From sequence record LC727701.1: a stretch of 64,000 nt of DNA; one strand, written 5' to 3'. This document shows positions 1-10,171 of this stretch, piece by piece (position 1 is the first letter of the stretch; the number at the start of each line of letters is the position of its first letter). The position numbers and the translations under genes are program-made. Under the pieces are notes generated by a model, which worked only from the letters and a program-made list of their open reading frames with translations, was not told where the DNA came from and did no database searches.

Positions 1-94
1 TAAAAAGACAGGTAAACATGTAGTTACTAATGAAGTTATCACTATCCCAATTAATTGCTCTTTTGATAAGCAAATTTATTAAAGGTAAATAAGG

Positions 95-520
95 ATGAAT
101 AGTAAATGTAATGAATGTACTAAGCAAATCGATAATTCCCACGATGTACCAAAAACACTTGGTATCTGCCATAAGCATTATCGATTCAATGTATTTGGGG
201 ATAATGGTTTACTTAAAGATTCAGATAAACTAGTTACATTTAAACTTAATAAAGAAACTAATCTATTTGAATGTATTCTAGAAAATACTAAAGGTGAGTA
301 TGCGGGATTCCATCACCCTAAGTTTGGATTCCGTATTAAACATGATGATCCAATCACTATTGTGGTGACTGCACCTGAACATGACATCCATGTTGAATTA
401 ACTGTAACTGTTGAAGGTGTTACAAAAGCTATCAATTGGATCGGTCAGGAACTAGACACATTTAACCTACCTATACAACATCCGTTTAATCTATGTTGGT
501 CATATACGGCCAATAACTGA
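95..520 (+). CDS. Hypothetical protein, 141 aa, N-terminal CxxC...C-H cluster
   Basis: Open ORF with AAGG RBS; CNEC...ICHKH suggests a Zn-binding N-terminus; its C-terminal end is duplicated at 839-886. Confidence 0.7.
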   Translation: MNSKCNECTKQIDNSHDVPKTLGICHKHYRFNVFGDNGLLKDSDKLVTFKLNKETNLFECILENTKGEYAGFHHPKFGFRIKHDDPITIVVTAPEHDIHVELTVTVEGVTKAINWIGQELDTFNLPIQHPFNLCWSYTANN

Positions 521-938
521 AGTGTATAATGGTTATAGATACTCATGGTGTGGACCTATTGGACAGTTGCGCCGTGAAGTTATACTGAATTCAATTTCAG
601 ATTTATATCACTAAGGTGCAATAGTGATAAGGGGAATACCCAATGTCTAATATTCGTGAAATTATTCGACGTAACCCGGAATGTTTATCACAAGCTGAAC
701 GAGATGAACGTGAAGCCAGATCGGTAGCCATGATAACTGGGAGATATATTACTCGTGGGAATGGTGATGTAGTGGTAAACAGTAGGTTTGTCGATGCATA
801 TGTCGAAATGATCTCTAAGCTTTAAGGGGTAATCTATTATGCAACATCCATTTAATCTATGCTGGGTATATGAGTACAGTATCTGAGGTGAATAATGATT
901 GTAGATGCACATGGTGTAGACCTATTGGACATCTGTGC
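476..938 (+). repeat. Imperfect ~97-bp direct repeat (476-572 and 842-938) flanking ORF 643-825
   Basis: caacatccgtttaatctatg...gacctattggacagttgcgc vs caacatccatttaatctatg...gacctattggacatctgtgc; both copies encode QHPFNLCW and MxxDxHGVDLLDxCA. Confidence 0.85.
643..825 (+). CDS. Small hypothetical protein, 60 aa
   Basis: AAGGGG RBS upstream of ATG; lies between the direct repeats. Confidence 0.7.
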   Translation: MSNIREIIRRNPECLSQAERDEREARSVAMITGRYITRGNGDVVVNSRFVDAYVEMISKL

Positions 939-1506
939 AGGTGGCCATCTTACACAGCAAACAACCCAATGGTTGGGTGAGCGTAGTCAGGCACTGCGTT
1001 CAACTATGTCAACTGCTGCTGCTAGCTTTTTCAATACTGCACAAAATATGTACAGTATGATTAGTGAATCAGCTGCTGTTCAAGCACTGCGGAATCTAAC
1101 CACAAAGAAAGATAATTTATGGCAGTCGAACAACATTGTGTATCTTGAGACTTTAGCTGAACTACAAACAGCTGGTCCGATTATGCAACGTTGGGTTATG
1201 GCGCATGAGCGTCTAAGAACTATGTATCTTAATAATGAAGTTGATGGATATAGTGGTTCTTATAATAACATCCAAGGTGATGCAGTAGGTGAACGACAGT
1301 TTGATTATCGTCGCGTGATGGATGGAGTTATGTATACCGATAAGAAAGAATTCGGTTATAAAAACTATCACGAAGATATCAAGAGTGATCGTAAACTTAG
1401 TCTGCATGAAAAAGTTGACATCATCCGTATGTGGAATGCTATTGATGGGCATCTGGACGCAGGTGAAGAAGATCCAACTTCAGTCGTAGGTAATCTTCTA
1501 GGTTAA
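895..1506 (+). CDS. Conserved chimallivirus protein (phiKZ gp59 position; possibly the Imp3 import accessory)
   Basis: GAGGTG RBS; DYRRVMDG and C-terminal DPTS motifs typical of this conserved family. gp59/Imp3 comes from synteny counting and recall only. Confidence 0.55.
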   Translation: MIVDAHGVDLLDICAGGHLTQQTTQWLGERSQALRSTMSTAAASFFNTAQNMYSMISESAAVQALRNLTTKKDNLWQSNNIVYLETLAELQTAGPIMQRWVMAHERLRTMYLNNEVDGYSGSYNNIQGDAVGERQFDYRRVMDGVMYTDKKEFGYKNYHEDIKSDRKLSLHEKVDIIRMWNAIDGHLDAGEEDPTSVVGNLLG

Positions 1507-1512
1507 ATAAAT

Positions 1513-1540
1513 GAGAGTCCCGTACAGGGGCTCTCTTCTA
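1513..1540 (+). terminator. Intrinsic terminator-like hairpin
   Basis: GAGAG-TCCC GTACA GGGG-CTCTC followed by a T-rich stretch, just after the stop at 1506. Confidence 0.55.
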
Positions 1541-1557
1541 TCGTTTAGGAGAGATCT

Positions 1558-1893
1558 ATGTCAATTGATCTACTCGTACCAAATAAACTAAAGATGTTTC
1601 AAAAAAGTCCAGATGGTACGGGATATATGTATTTTAATAGTACAGATGGAATAGAACTTAAACACGATAATCAAACACGACTATTGTATCTTCCTGATAA
1701 TGTCTATGTAACTGGTGATTATGTTTCACCTGATACTAAATTTATTTTCACAGTTATTGAAGGTGAAGTGGTCTCTATTAAATTAGATACTGGCGAGGAA
1801 ATACATAGTTATAGTTTTTGTGATGAGAGTCCATTGTGGAACCATCCACATATTGCTTTTTACGTTAAGGAAAATACAGATGCTATTAATTAA
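1558..1893 (+). CDS. Hypothetical protein (gp60 position)
   Basis: 111-aa ORF with AGGAG RBS. Confidence 0.7.
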   Translation: MSIDLLVPNKLKMFQKSPDGTGYMYFNSTDGIELKHDNQTRLLYLPDNVYVTGDYVSPDTKFIFTVIEGEVVSIKLDTGEEIHSYSFCDESPLWNHPHIAFYVKENTDAIN

Positions 1894-2332
1894 GCGTAAT
1901 GACTCATCAATGCCACTACACCCTATTCTTAAATTAACTACTGCTGTAGTTGATTCAACTCGTTTTAATCTTGAAGAATATTCTTATCTTAAAGAAGCAT
2001 TTAAGAATGGCACTCTACGTATCTATGTGACTGGATATGACTATGCTTACCCATCTGAAGATGGTCATCTTGTTATTAAAGACGAATATCCTAAGGTGGC
2101 TAGCAGGCCACCATTTGTACATGTTGGTAGGGATCCAAATGGGTTAATTGATGATACCCAGTTATATGTAGCTACAACTCATTTTTCAGGGGCAGGTGCC
2201 GAGATTGCTACCAGACCCATTAGTGTACACGCATGTGTTACTGAACACGATATCGTTTTAACAAGTACACTCAAGAAAAAAGAAGGTACTGTTATCGTAT
2301 ACCACATTGAATTAATTGCAAGTAAATATTAG
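1880..2332 (+). CDS. Hypothetical protein (gp61 position)
   Basis: ORF track 1820-2332; ATG 1880 preferred because of the AAGGA RBS. Confidence 0.7.
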   Translation: MLLIKRNDSSMPLHPILKLTTAVVDSTRFNLEEYSYLKEAFKNGTLRIYVTGYDYAYPSEDGHLVIKDEYPKVASRPPFVHVGRDPNGLIDDTQLYVATTHFSGAGAEIATRPISVHACVTEHDIVLTSTLKKKEGTVIVYHIELIASKY

Positions 2333-2380
2333 TACACTAGTTAATATAAGTATTTAACTGTATGTATCAAGTAATATAAA

Positions 2381-2849
<469 letters not shown>

Positions 2850-3407
2850 ATGACTAGTGAAGTTGAACAAAATGAAAGCGAAGCTATGAACTCCATGCTA
2901 TTAAAACGAATTCATATGCTAGAAGTAACAGTTAGGAATCTAACGAAACATGCTAAAGTTATAGATGAGTCTTTCCAACAATTGGTAAAAGTTAAAGCTG
3001 AAGAAACTGCAACATTTAATATTCGCGTTAGTCGAGTTCTTGCAGATATTCTTTGCAATATGGGTGAAAGTATTCGGCGTGAAGTTGATGACGCAATGCG
3101 AGCTATCAATGGTGATACTAAACCAGTATTCTCACTAGTTGAAGTAGATGGAGTTAATCAGAAAGAACATATGGACTCGGTCATTGTTCGTAAAGGCGGT
3201 GATAAAGGTTATATGTTTGCTACTGTTGGAACACCTAATAAGTTCACTACTGAAAACTGCGATGCGTTGATTGATTACCTAAATAGTAATCCTCAACTAA
3301 TGGAAAACAAAGAAGAAGCTCGTTTTAATATCATCACTACTCTGACTAAACAACAGATTGAACAAGTTATGGGTAAAGAAGATGGCAACTCCGGAACCGA
3401 ACACTAG
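2850..3407 (+). CDS. Hypothetical protein with N-terminal coiled coil (gp63 position)
   Basis: 185-aa ORF directly after the previous stop. Confidence 0.7.
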   Translation: MTSEVEQNESEAMNSMLLKRIHMLEVTVRNLTKHAKVIDESFQQLVKVKAEETATFNIRVSRVLADILCNMGESIRREVDDAMRAINGDTKPVFSLVEVDGVNQKEHMDSVIVRKGGDKGYMFATVGTPNKFTTENCDALIDYLNSNPQLMENKEEARFNIITTLTKQQIEQVMGKEDGNSGTEH

Positions 3408-3990
3408 AGTTACAGATAGCGATAACATGATCATGGATGCAATGCAAGCCATGGTTAGCATTCATCAGAAAGAGATACCTATTGTCCATGAGGACGTTTT
3501 TGTAAAGAATATATTACCGTTACTTGAATGTCCATGGGCACCAGGTGCATTAGATGAATATCGTAAATATGTTCATGAGTTATCAAATCCATTACGTGTA
3601 GCAAGTGTTAATACCAAAGAAGCAGTTGTACTTTTTACAGTTCCAGCACTTTATCCTCGTCCAAGTGTTGCAATCTCATCTGGTGAGAATGTTGCTAGTA
3701 TTTCTAATGTAATGGATTATTATAATAAAGAACATAATCGCAATCCACGTGGTGGGTTTGCTAAAGAAGCGGCTCAATTCCTAGAGCGGTGTATTTATAA
3801 TGAACCATTAGAAAAACAACTTCTACAAGTGTTAATCCAAATCTTAGCAGCATATGGTCGGGTATTAAAAAATACTGATGGTACTCCGTTATATGAGTTA
3901 CCGAATGCATCTTCATCTAAATCTGGAGGTGTGCAAGTAGATACACCTGAGAATGATGAATGTGTTTACGGTGACGAATATGAAGACTGA
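3382..3990 (+). CDS. Conserved hypothetical protein (gp64 position)
   Basis: ORF 3358-3990, likely start MATPEP; overlaps its neighbours in an operon. Confidence 0.7.
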   Translation: MATPEPNTRVTDSDNMIMDAMQAMVSIHQKEIPIVHEDVFVKNILPLLECPWAPGALDEYRKYVHELSNPLRVASVNTKEAVVLFTVPALYPRPSVAISSGENVASISNVMDYYNKEHNRNPRGGFAKEAAQFLERCIYNEPLEKQLLQVLIQILAAYGRVLKNTDGTPLYELPNASSSKSGGVQVDTPENDECVYGDEYED

Positions 3991-5119
3991 TAAAACAAAG
4001 AAACCTGGCATATTTCGATATTTAACAGTAGGCGATGTCCATATGGGGCATCGCCAAACCCCTACTGAATTAATCATCAATAACTTTTGGAAAACTGTCC
4101 CTGATACAATTTTAAAAGATATTGATATGCTGATTATTACAGGGGATTTATTTGATCGTCAATTAAACAATGGCGATCCAGCTGCATACGCAATTGATAG
4201 ATTTATTACAATACTTCTCTACAAATGTGAAATGTATAATGTAATGATCCGTATTGTTGAAGGGACCCCATCACATGACCGTGGGCAAATGCAGTTTTTC
4301 GTAGAACAAAAAAATAATGCAAATATTAAAGTTGATTTGCATTATTCAAAGATTCTCGATATTGAGTATATTGAGAAACTAGATGCATATTTCCTTTATG
4401 TCCCTGATAAATGGAATCCATCCACATCAGAGACTTTAAATCAAGTAAAAGATTTAATGCATAAGAAAGGTATATCTCAAGTTGACTTTACTATTTTACA
4501 TGGTGCATTTAAACATCAGCTACCAAGTATTGTGGAAGAGCCAACACATGATCCAGACGAATATTTAGCATTAACTAAATATATGATCAATGGTGGACAT
4601 GTTCATGAGATGTCTATCTATGAACGCATTTTAGCTGCCGGTGGATTTGATCGATTAAGTCACAACGATGAAATTCCAAAAGGATTATTTGATGTTGTGG
4701 TAAAAGAAAATGGCGAATGGACTGCTACATTCCTTGAGAATAAGGGTGCGCGTAGATACGATACTTTGAATGTCCATGGAATGGATACTAAGCAACTTAA
4801 TTACACTGTTAAAGAACATATCAAGACACTACCAACTAACTCTGCAATTAGGTTAAGATGTAATCCAGGTGATGTAGCTACTGGTGATCTCGATACATTT
4901 CAAAATGAATATCCTAATTTTTCATGGAGTATCTTAATTGAAAAAGTTACTACAAAGAAAAATACTGTGTCAGATAGCCTAAAGAATTTTGATTTATCAG
5001 AATTTTTGGATATAACTCCAGAAAGTATTTCTGATTTAATTATTCCAGATATTGAAAAATTTACAGCGGACGCTGCTCAGATCCAACGGGTATTGGGATT
5101 ATTGACAGAGTTCAAATAA
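3980..5119 (+). CDS. sbcD: SbcD/Mre11-like metallophosphoesterase nuclease (gp65)
   Basis: Calcineurin-like motifs GDVHMGH, TGDLFD, EGTPSHD, LHG, GGHVH. Confidence 0.88.
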   Translation: MKTDKTKKPGIFRYLTVGDVHMGHRQTPTELIINNFWKTVPDTILKDIDMLIITGDLFDRQLNNGDPAAYAIDRFITILLYKCEMYNVMIRIVEGTPSHDRGQMQFFVEQKNNANIKVDLHYSKILDIEYIEKLDAYFLYVPDKWNPSTSETLNQVKDLMHKKGISQVDFTILHGAFKHQLPSIVEEPTHDPDEYLALTKYMINGGHVHEMSIYERILAAGGFDRLSHNDEIPKGLFDVVVKENGEWTATFLENKGARRYDTLNVHGMDTKQLNYTVKEHIKTLPTNSAIRLRCNPGDVATGDLDTFQNEYPNFSWSILIEKVTTKKNTVSDSLKNFDLSEFLDITPESISDLIIPDIEKFTADAAQIQRVLGLLTEFK

Positions 5120-5131
5120 AAGGCAATAATA

Positions 5132-5962
5132 ATGGATATTATCGAGAGAGATGTAGGTGCTAATATTCCAATTAGCATTGGAACTTCTTTTGCTCTCGAA
5201 GGGCTTATAGGAACACATCCACAAAAGCCTAGACAACCAACTGATGTTAAGTCTATTAAAGAAATATGGATTAATGTCCGTACTCTTGCAAGAAATATGT
5301 GGCAGGCTATGAAGTCTGAACAACAAACTAATATTAACTTGGTTGCAGCAGTCGATGTTTTATTTCAAGAAGCACAAACAATCCCGGTTGCTTTACGGCA
5401 ATCGGGGATAAAAGCAACTGTAAAATATTACATTACTGGTCGAGATGCAGTGAAGTGGTTATTCCCTAAAGCTACATTTAAAGTATCACGAACACCGCAA
5501 CAATTAGCTTATGATGTTTATGAACGATTTGTATCAATTGAACTATATCAGAAGTTAAAAGATACAGATTTAATTACAATGGAAATATCTAATAAACCTC
5601 CAAAGGTTGAAGGTACTGTTTTACTATTAACCCATTTCCCACATGAATTATTATGGAAACCCCATTTTAATAGACTTCTTTTATTGGAATCCCATACGGG
5701 CAAAATAAAGACATACAACATGTGGTATACTAAACTAAATGGTTTAAAAGAAGATACTCCATTTCCTTTTACATCATTTGCTATACAGATATTTGGCGAT
5801 AAACAATTACTTGAACCACAAGACAAAGCTATTCGTGCACAGTTAAAACAATTGGCACAATCTAGAAAATGGACAGGATTAACAACACCAGATAAAGTTC
5901 ATCATGACATTACTGCTTATGGTTCTAAAGAGTTAAAAGAAGCATACAAGAAATTCAAATAG
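5132..5962 (+). CDS. Conserved chimallivirus protein (gp66 position)
   Basis: 276-aa ORF between the SbcD-like gene and chmC; function not recognisable. Confidence 0.7.
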   Translation: MDIIERDVGANIPISIGTSFALEGLIGTHPQKPRQPTDVKSIKEIWINVRTLARNMWQAMKSEQQTNINLVAAVDVLFQEAQTIPVALRQSGIKATVKYYITGRDAVKWLFPKATFKVSRTPQQLAYDVYERFVSIELYQKLKDTDLITMEISNKPPKVEGTVLLLTHFPHELLWKPHFNRLLLLESHTGKIKTYNMWYTKLNGLKEDTPFPFTSFAIQIFGDKQLLEPQDKAIRAQLKQLAQSRKWTGLTTPDKVHHDITAYGSKELKEAYKKFK

Positions 5963-6049
5963 AAGAAATACTTGTTGCGATAATATTACGTAGAAATCAT
6001 TTCCCATCTAGTTAAAAAGAATCTAGTTTTAATTTGGAGTTATCACATC

Positions 6050-6790
6050 ATGTCACAACAGCAGTCTAATGCACCCGTAGTTAACCCTTTTAATGTAATG
6101 AATACTTGGCTACATGCCAAACCATGTGAGGGTTCTCAAAAACGACCGACGCTGCGTTTTGGTCTGTTTAAAAACCAACCACGGGTTACTGTTCGTACTA
6201 ATGTACCTGGTGATAAAGACCATGGTAAAATTGAGTTCAATACTGACCTAGCAACCTTTGCATGTTTCATTAAGTTTGCAATGGACTTAATTGAAGGTAA
6301 AACTGAAGATACTGAACGTGTCTTTGTTTACCGCAATAACTTCGTAGCTGGTAAGAAGCGTGATAATTTTATTGAGCTTTCTAAGCTACATGTTGGCCGT
6401 GCACAAGATGGTCGAATTTACATCGCAGTGCTAAGCACTCAACCTGATCGTCCAAAGATCAAATTCTTCTTTGGCCCATCCCAATTCCATGATATCCGCA
6501 AAGCAGATGGTAGTCAACTATCACCTAAGGAAATGTCCGATGCTTATGCATACGGTTTCCTAGACCCCGCATATAAACTAGTAATGCATCTTCTAGTAAC
6601 TGAATTCGATCCAGATGCTAAAGGTGTATCTAACCCTGCTAATTTCAATCAGGGTAATGGTAATAGCGGCGGTTACAATAACGGTGGTCAGCGCAATAAC
6701 TATAACAACGGCGGCAATAATAGTTATGCTAAGCCGGCTAATAATAGTTATAATGACTCAGCTTTTGATGAGGATATGCCTTCCTTCTAA
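6050..6790 (+). CDS. chmC: Nucleus-associated RNA-binding protein ChmC (phiKZ gp67; Whirly-like fold with N/G/Y-rich tail)
   Basis: Immediately upstream of gp68 and picA; tail NQGNGNSGGYNNGGQRNNYNNGGNN matches the described low-complexity C-terminus. Confidence 0.75.
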   Translation: MSQQQSNAPVVNPFNVMNTWLHAKPCEGSQKRPTLRFGLFKNQPRVTVRTNVPGDKDHGKIEFNTDLATFACFIKFAMDLIEGKTEDTERVFVYRNNFVAGKKRDNFIELSKLHVGRAQDGRIYIAVLSTQPDRPKIKFFFGPSQFHDIRKADGSQLSPKEMSDAYAYGFLDPAYKLVMHLLVTEFDPDAKGVSNPANFNQGNGNSGGYNNGGQRNNYNNGGNNSYAKPANNSYNDSAFDEDMPSF

Positions 6791-6874
6791 AACATATTTC
6801 GGTGCTTACTCTCGAAGTAGGCACCGATATGCCCTCAGTACTAAATGCCGTTGTACTAAAAAAAATTTGAGATC

Positions 6875-6882
6875 TATATTAC
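6875..6882 (+). promoter_or_regulatory. phiKZ-type early promoter TATATTAC upstream of gp68
   Basis: Exact match to the phiKZ early consensus, 34 nt before ATG 6916. Confidence 0.7.
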
Positions 6883-6915
6883 TAACATGTATCTACATTG
6901 GTAAAAGAGGTTAAA

Positions 6916-8481
6916 ATGCAAATCATCGTTACAGGAGTTCAAGGTACTGGTTTTACTGAAGTGGCTACAGAGCACAATGGTAAACGTTTAACTTGGACAA
7001 CTACGGCTTATAGTAAAATCCGTGTACAAGATCAACAACGAGTATTCCAAGAAATCAATGATTATTGGAGTGGCCTAAGTGCTGAGACACAACAACATAT
7101 CTGGAATTGTTATGTAGAAATTCGTAAGATCATGGATATGGCTATGGATCCGATGAGGATTGCAATGAGTCTATCCTATTACATCAAAGAGATGTATAAA
7201 GCCATGCCGATGAATAGTTTTCGGCGATGGCTACTAACTATTGGTAAACTTTATATTCCAGTAGATATTGAAGAAGTTATCACTGATGATTCACGATATA
7301 ATCGACCAGATCAAACATATCTGAAACATGACTATATTAACCTTGCATCTGTATCACTAGCTCTTCGTCCTTTAGTACCTATTTGGGGCGAGTTTATTGA
7401 TCAGGGCACTTCTCAGGAAATGCATAAAGAGTGTGAAGTAATTAGTCTCATCTCGGATTGTGAGGTTAACCATTGGCCTGTTGATGAAATATCAATTGAT
7501 GGAACTCCAGTAGAAACAGCTTATGATAAGCTAAGTGCATATGTTAAGTTTTGTGTAGAAGATGAAGCACCCACCTTAGCCAACCTTTATAGAGGTATGA
7601 GTTCAGCTGAAGTGCCGGATATCTTACAGGCTAAAGTTATGGTTAGGCGATTAACCATCCTACCATTAAACGATGCCACCTCACATTCCATCGTTTCAAA
7701 TATGTTTAGATATGTTAAGTCAAATCTAAACCCTGCTGAACGATCAACTGCTGACCGGGTTAATGATAAACGGCCAGATAAAGGTGGTATTGATGATGAT
7801 GATAAAACATCATTTATCGAATCGCATAAAACTAAACAGCGAGTTACTCCTGGTGATATCGTAGCTTATAACTTAGATGCTCTTGATGTAGTTAAACTGG
7901 TTCACAAAATCGATGACACTGTCCCAGTAGAGTTAATTCAGGAATGTCTAGATTGCGTTGCAGTTACAGCTACTAAAGATATCTATCCACACCAGATATT
8001 ACTTGCACAATGGGTGATGCACAAAGCTTTCCCTGCAAGAGCATTCAGCCACATTAATAAAAATGCAGTTAACCATTTGTTGGCAGCAGCTCAGTCACTA
8101 ATGTGGCATTGGGGTTTCCAACAAGTTGCTGTATTTATGCAAGTAGAGTTGTATTATAGTGGTGAACATGCAATGTCCATTCAACCACGTAATAGTACAC
8201 GTATTCAAATTAAATATAAGGACGTAATGGATGAGCTTTATCCACATCAACGACAACAGCGAGCTATTAATGGTGTTCCAGTAGCACCTGTAAATATTGC
8301 GGGCATTGCTGTGCAATCTGCACATGCATCCATTAGATCTAGTAACTGGATCTATCATGGACCCGATCGTTTATTCAAAGAAGCAGAACAGGTAACTCAG
8401 AATAAAGTCCTTGTTGTACCGGCCACAATTAAGTCGGTGATCACCGAACTGGTAATTCATCTGGGTAAACTTAATCAGTAA
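6916..8481 (+). CDS. Non-virion RNA polymerase promoter-specificity (sigma-like) subunit, gp68
   Basis: IIVTGVQGTGFTEVATEHNGKRLTW...LVIHLGKLNQ recognised as phiKZ gp68; GAGG RBS before ATG 6916 (521 aa). Confidence 0.92.
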   Translation: MQIIVTGVQGTGFTEVATEHNGKRLTWTTTAYSKIRVQDQQRVFQEINDYWSGLSAETQQHIWNCYVEIRKIMDMAMDPMRIAMSLSYYIKEMYKAMPMNSFRRWLLTIGKLYIPVDIEEVITDDSRYNRPDQTYLKHDYINLASVSLALRPLVPIWGEFIDQGTSQEMHKECEVISLISDCEVNHWPVDEISIDGTPVETAYDKLSAYVKFCVEDEAPTLANLYRGMSSAEVPDILQAKVMVRRLTILPLNDATSHSIVSNMFRYVKSNLNPAERSTADRVNDKRPDKGGIDDDDKTSFIESHKTKQRVTPGDIVAYNLDALDVVKLVHKIDDTVPVELIQECLDCVAVTATKDIYPHQILLAQWVMHKAFPARAFSHINKNAVNHLLAAAQSLMWHWGFQQVAVFMQVELYYSGEHAMSIQPRNSTRIQIKYKDVMDELYPHQRQQRAINGVPVAPVNIAGIAVQSAHASIRSSNWIYHGPDRLFKEAEQVTQNKVLVVPATIKSVITELVIHLGKLNQ

Positions 8482-8497
8482 TAATTGAGGTAGTTCT

Positions 8498-10171
8498 ATG
8501 TTAGGTTTTAATAATTCAGCAATGGGTGGTAATACTGAAGTACAGATTGAATCATTCATTCTAGTACAGACTGGTACTTATCAACCTGAGCATGTTCGAC
8601 CATTTACGGTAGAGGTCACTGAGAACTCTATTGAACGTTTAAAAGAAGCAACTAATGATGGTCGTAATCTAGGTGTTGCAGCTGTGCAGCAAATTGCAGC
8701 TGATGTGATTGCACCACGTGCTCAAACTCAAGGTGAAGTCCCTATCGTCAATGGTTGGGGTGAGCGCCGGTTTAGGTTCATGATGAAAGTATGGGAGAAT
8801 AACCGTTTCTTTGGTAATACCCGTACTTGCCGGATTCTATTTGGTTGCTCTGACCATTGCTCTATTAGTCCGCTTAGCAATAGTCTAGATCCTAACATGC
8901 GTATCTATTTTAATAGTGAAACTGTTATTGTAGAGCGCCAACGACCAACTGAGTTCGGTGTAGTCAAACAAGCACATATCCTAGGTTCTAACCAGATCCT
9001 TGCACCCGTCGATATCATGAGTGATATTACTATCCCTCAGAACGGGTTTAGCATGTATACTGGAACTTCATCATATCTCCAACGACCAGAAGATGTTTTC
9101 CAAATTCAGCAAACGATGCAAGTAGCTAAACGCATTGAATCAACTGGACTACATCAAGGCGTATTTGACCGGATCATTGACCAACGCTCCAGTGTTGGTG
9201 AAGCAGGCACTTTCCAATATTCAAATCGCCGTGATACTTCTCCTACTCGTTATCTATCTAGTACTCTTAATGCATGGCAGCATTCTGTTAAAGAAGCTGA
9301 GATGGCTAATAATGATAACGATAATATCTTTGGAGGTGTCTCTGATGAAGTGATGCTAGGCGATGCATCTGCTGTACTTCGAAATCAAGATATCCATTCC
9401 AATATGTTCATGCGCATTCTAAAAGAACGCTGCAATTACATGGAACGTGGCTTTGTTACACTGGCTGACCTACAACGAGTATTCCCTGAACTACTGGTTG
9501 ATGGTGTAGTTAAAGCTGGTATGGATAATGGTAATTCTCAACGCTTCGTTAACCGAGCAGAGCATTCCATGCATTGGGGTGGTGCAGATCATCACACTGT
9601 TGCAGCATCTCTACTTGCACAAGTAGTTCCAGCAATCATGATGGATAACTATTTCCGGGTAACCTCCTTTGCAATTACAAATGGACATGGAGCGAATAAC
9701 TATCTATTCGAAATGCATCCAAATGGTACCAGGAGTATCATGGATGGAATTGATATGACTCCACAGATTAATGACTTTGAACGTCGTCTTATTACCGATG
9801 CGATTAACAGTATCTCTTATGGTAACCAGATTCCGTTTAAAATTTCCATGCACTCTGACTTAGCTGGTGATACTGTTATTGATATCAGTCTAAATCATGA
9901 ATCGGTAGAACGATTCATCGCACCGACCTTCATTGATAGTCTGTTTAGTCCAGTCATTACTCGGGATGCATCTGCACCGGCTATGATCTCTAATGACCTT
10001 ACCTATCTTGTTAAGAATGTTATCCCAACTAAGACTCAACAAAACATTCTAAACAGTAGTGGTCAGCCGGTTAACATGCAACCGTATCAACATCCTGTAG
10101 CTCAACCTGCTCAAATCAATCCTAAATTTGGTGATAACAATGCCTACGATTTCTCTTTCCAAGTTCTATAG
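8498..10171 (+). CDS. picA: Phage-nucleus protein import factor PicA/Imp1 (gp69)
   Basis: 557 aa directly after gp68; this is the conserved position of gp69 in phiKZ-like phages. Confidence 0.8.
   Translation: MLGFNNSAMGGNTEVQIESFILVQTGTYQPEHVRPFTVEVTENSIERLKEATNDGRNLGVAAVQQIAADVIAPRAQTQGEVPIVNGWGERRFRFMMKVWENNRFFGNTRTCRILFGCSDHCSISPLSNSLDPNMRIYFNSETVIVERQRPTEFGVVKQAHILGSNQILAPVDIMSDITIPQNGFSMYTGTSSYLQRPEDVFQIQQTMQVAKRIESTGLHQGVFDRIIDQRSSVGEAGTFQYSNRRDTSPTRYLSSTLNAWQHSVKEAEMANNDNDNIFGGVSDEVMLGDASAVLRNQDIHSNMFMRILKERCNYMERGFVTLADLQRVFPELLVDGVVKAGMDNGNSQRFVNRAEHSMHWGGADHHTVAASLLAQVVPAIMMDNYFRVTSFAITNGHGANNYLFEMHPNGTRSIMDGIDMTPQINDFERRLITDAINSISYGNQIPFKISMHSDLAGDTVIDISLNHESVERFIAPTFIDSLFSPVITRDASAPAMISNDLTYLVKNVIPTKTQQNILNSSGQPVNMQPYQHPVAQPAQINPKFGDNNAYDFSFQVL

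Noticed and set aside
5132-5962. Calling gp66 a 5'-3' exonuclease/PIN nuclease
   Set aside because: I could not identify the acidic catalytic set by eye; it needs HHpred.
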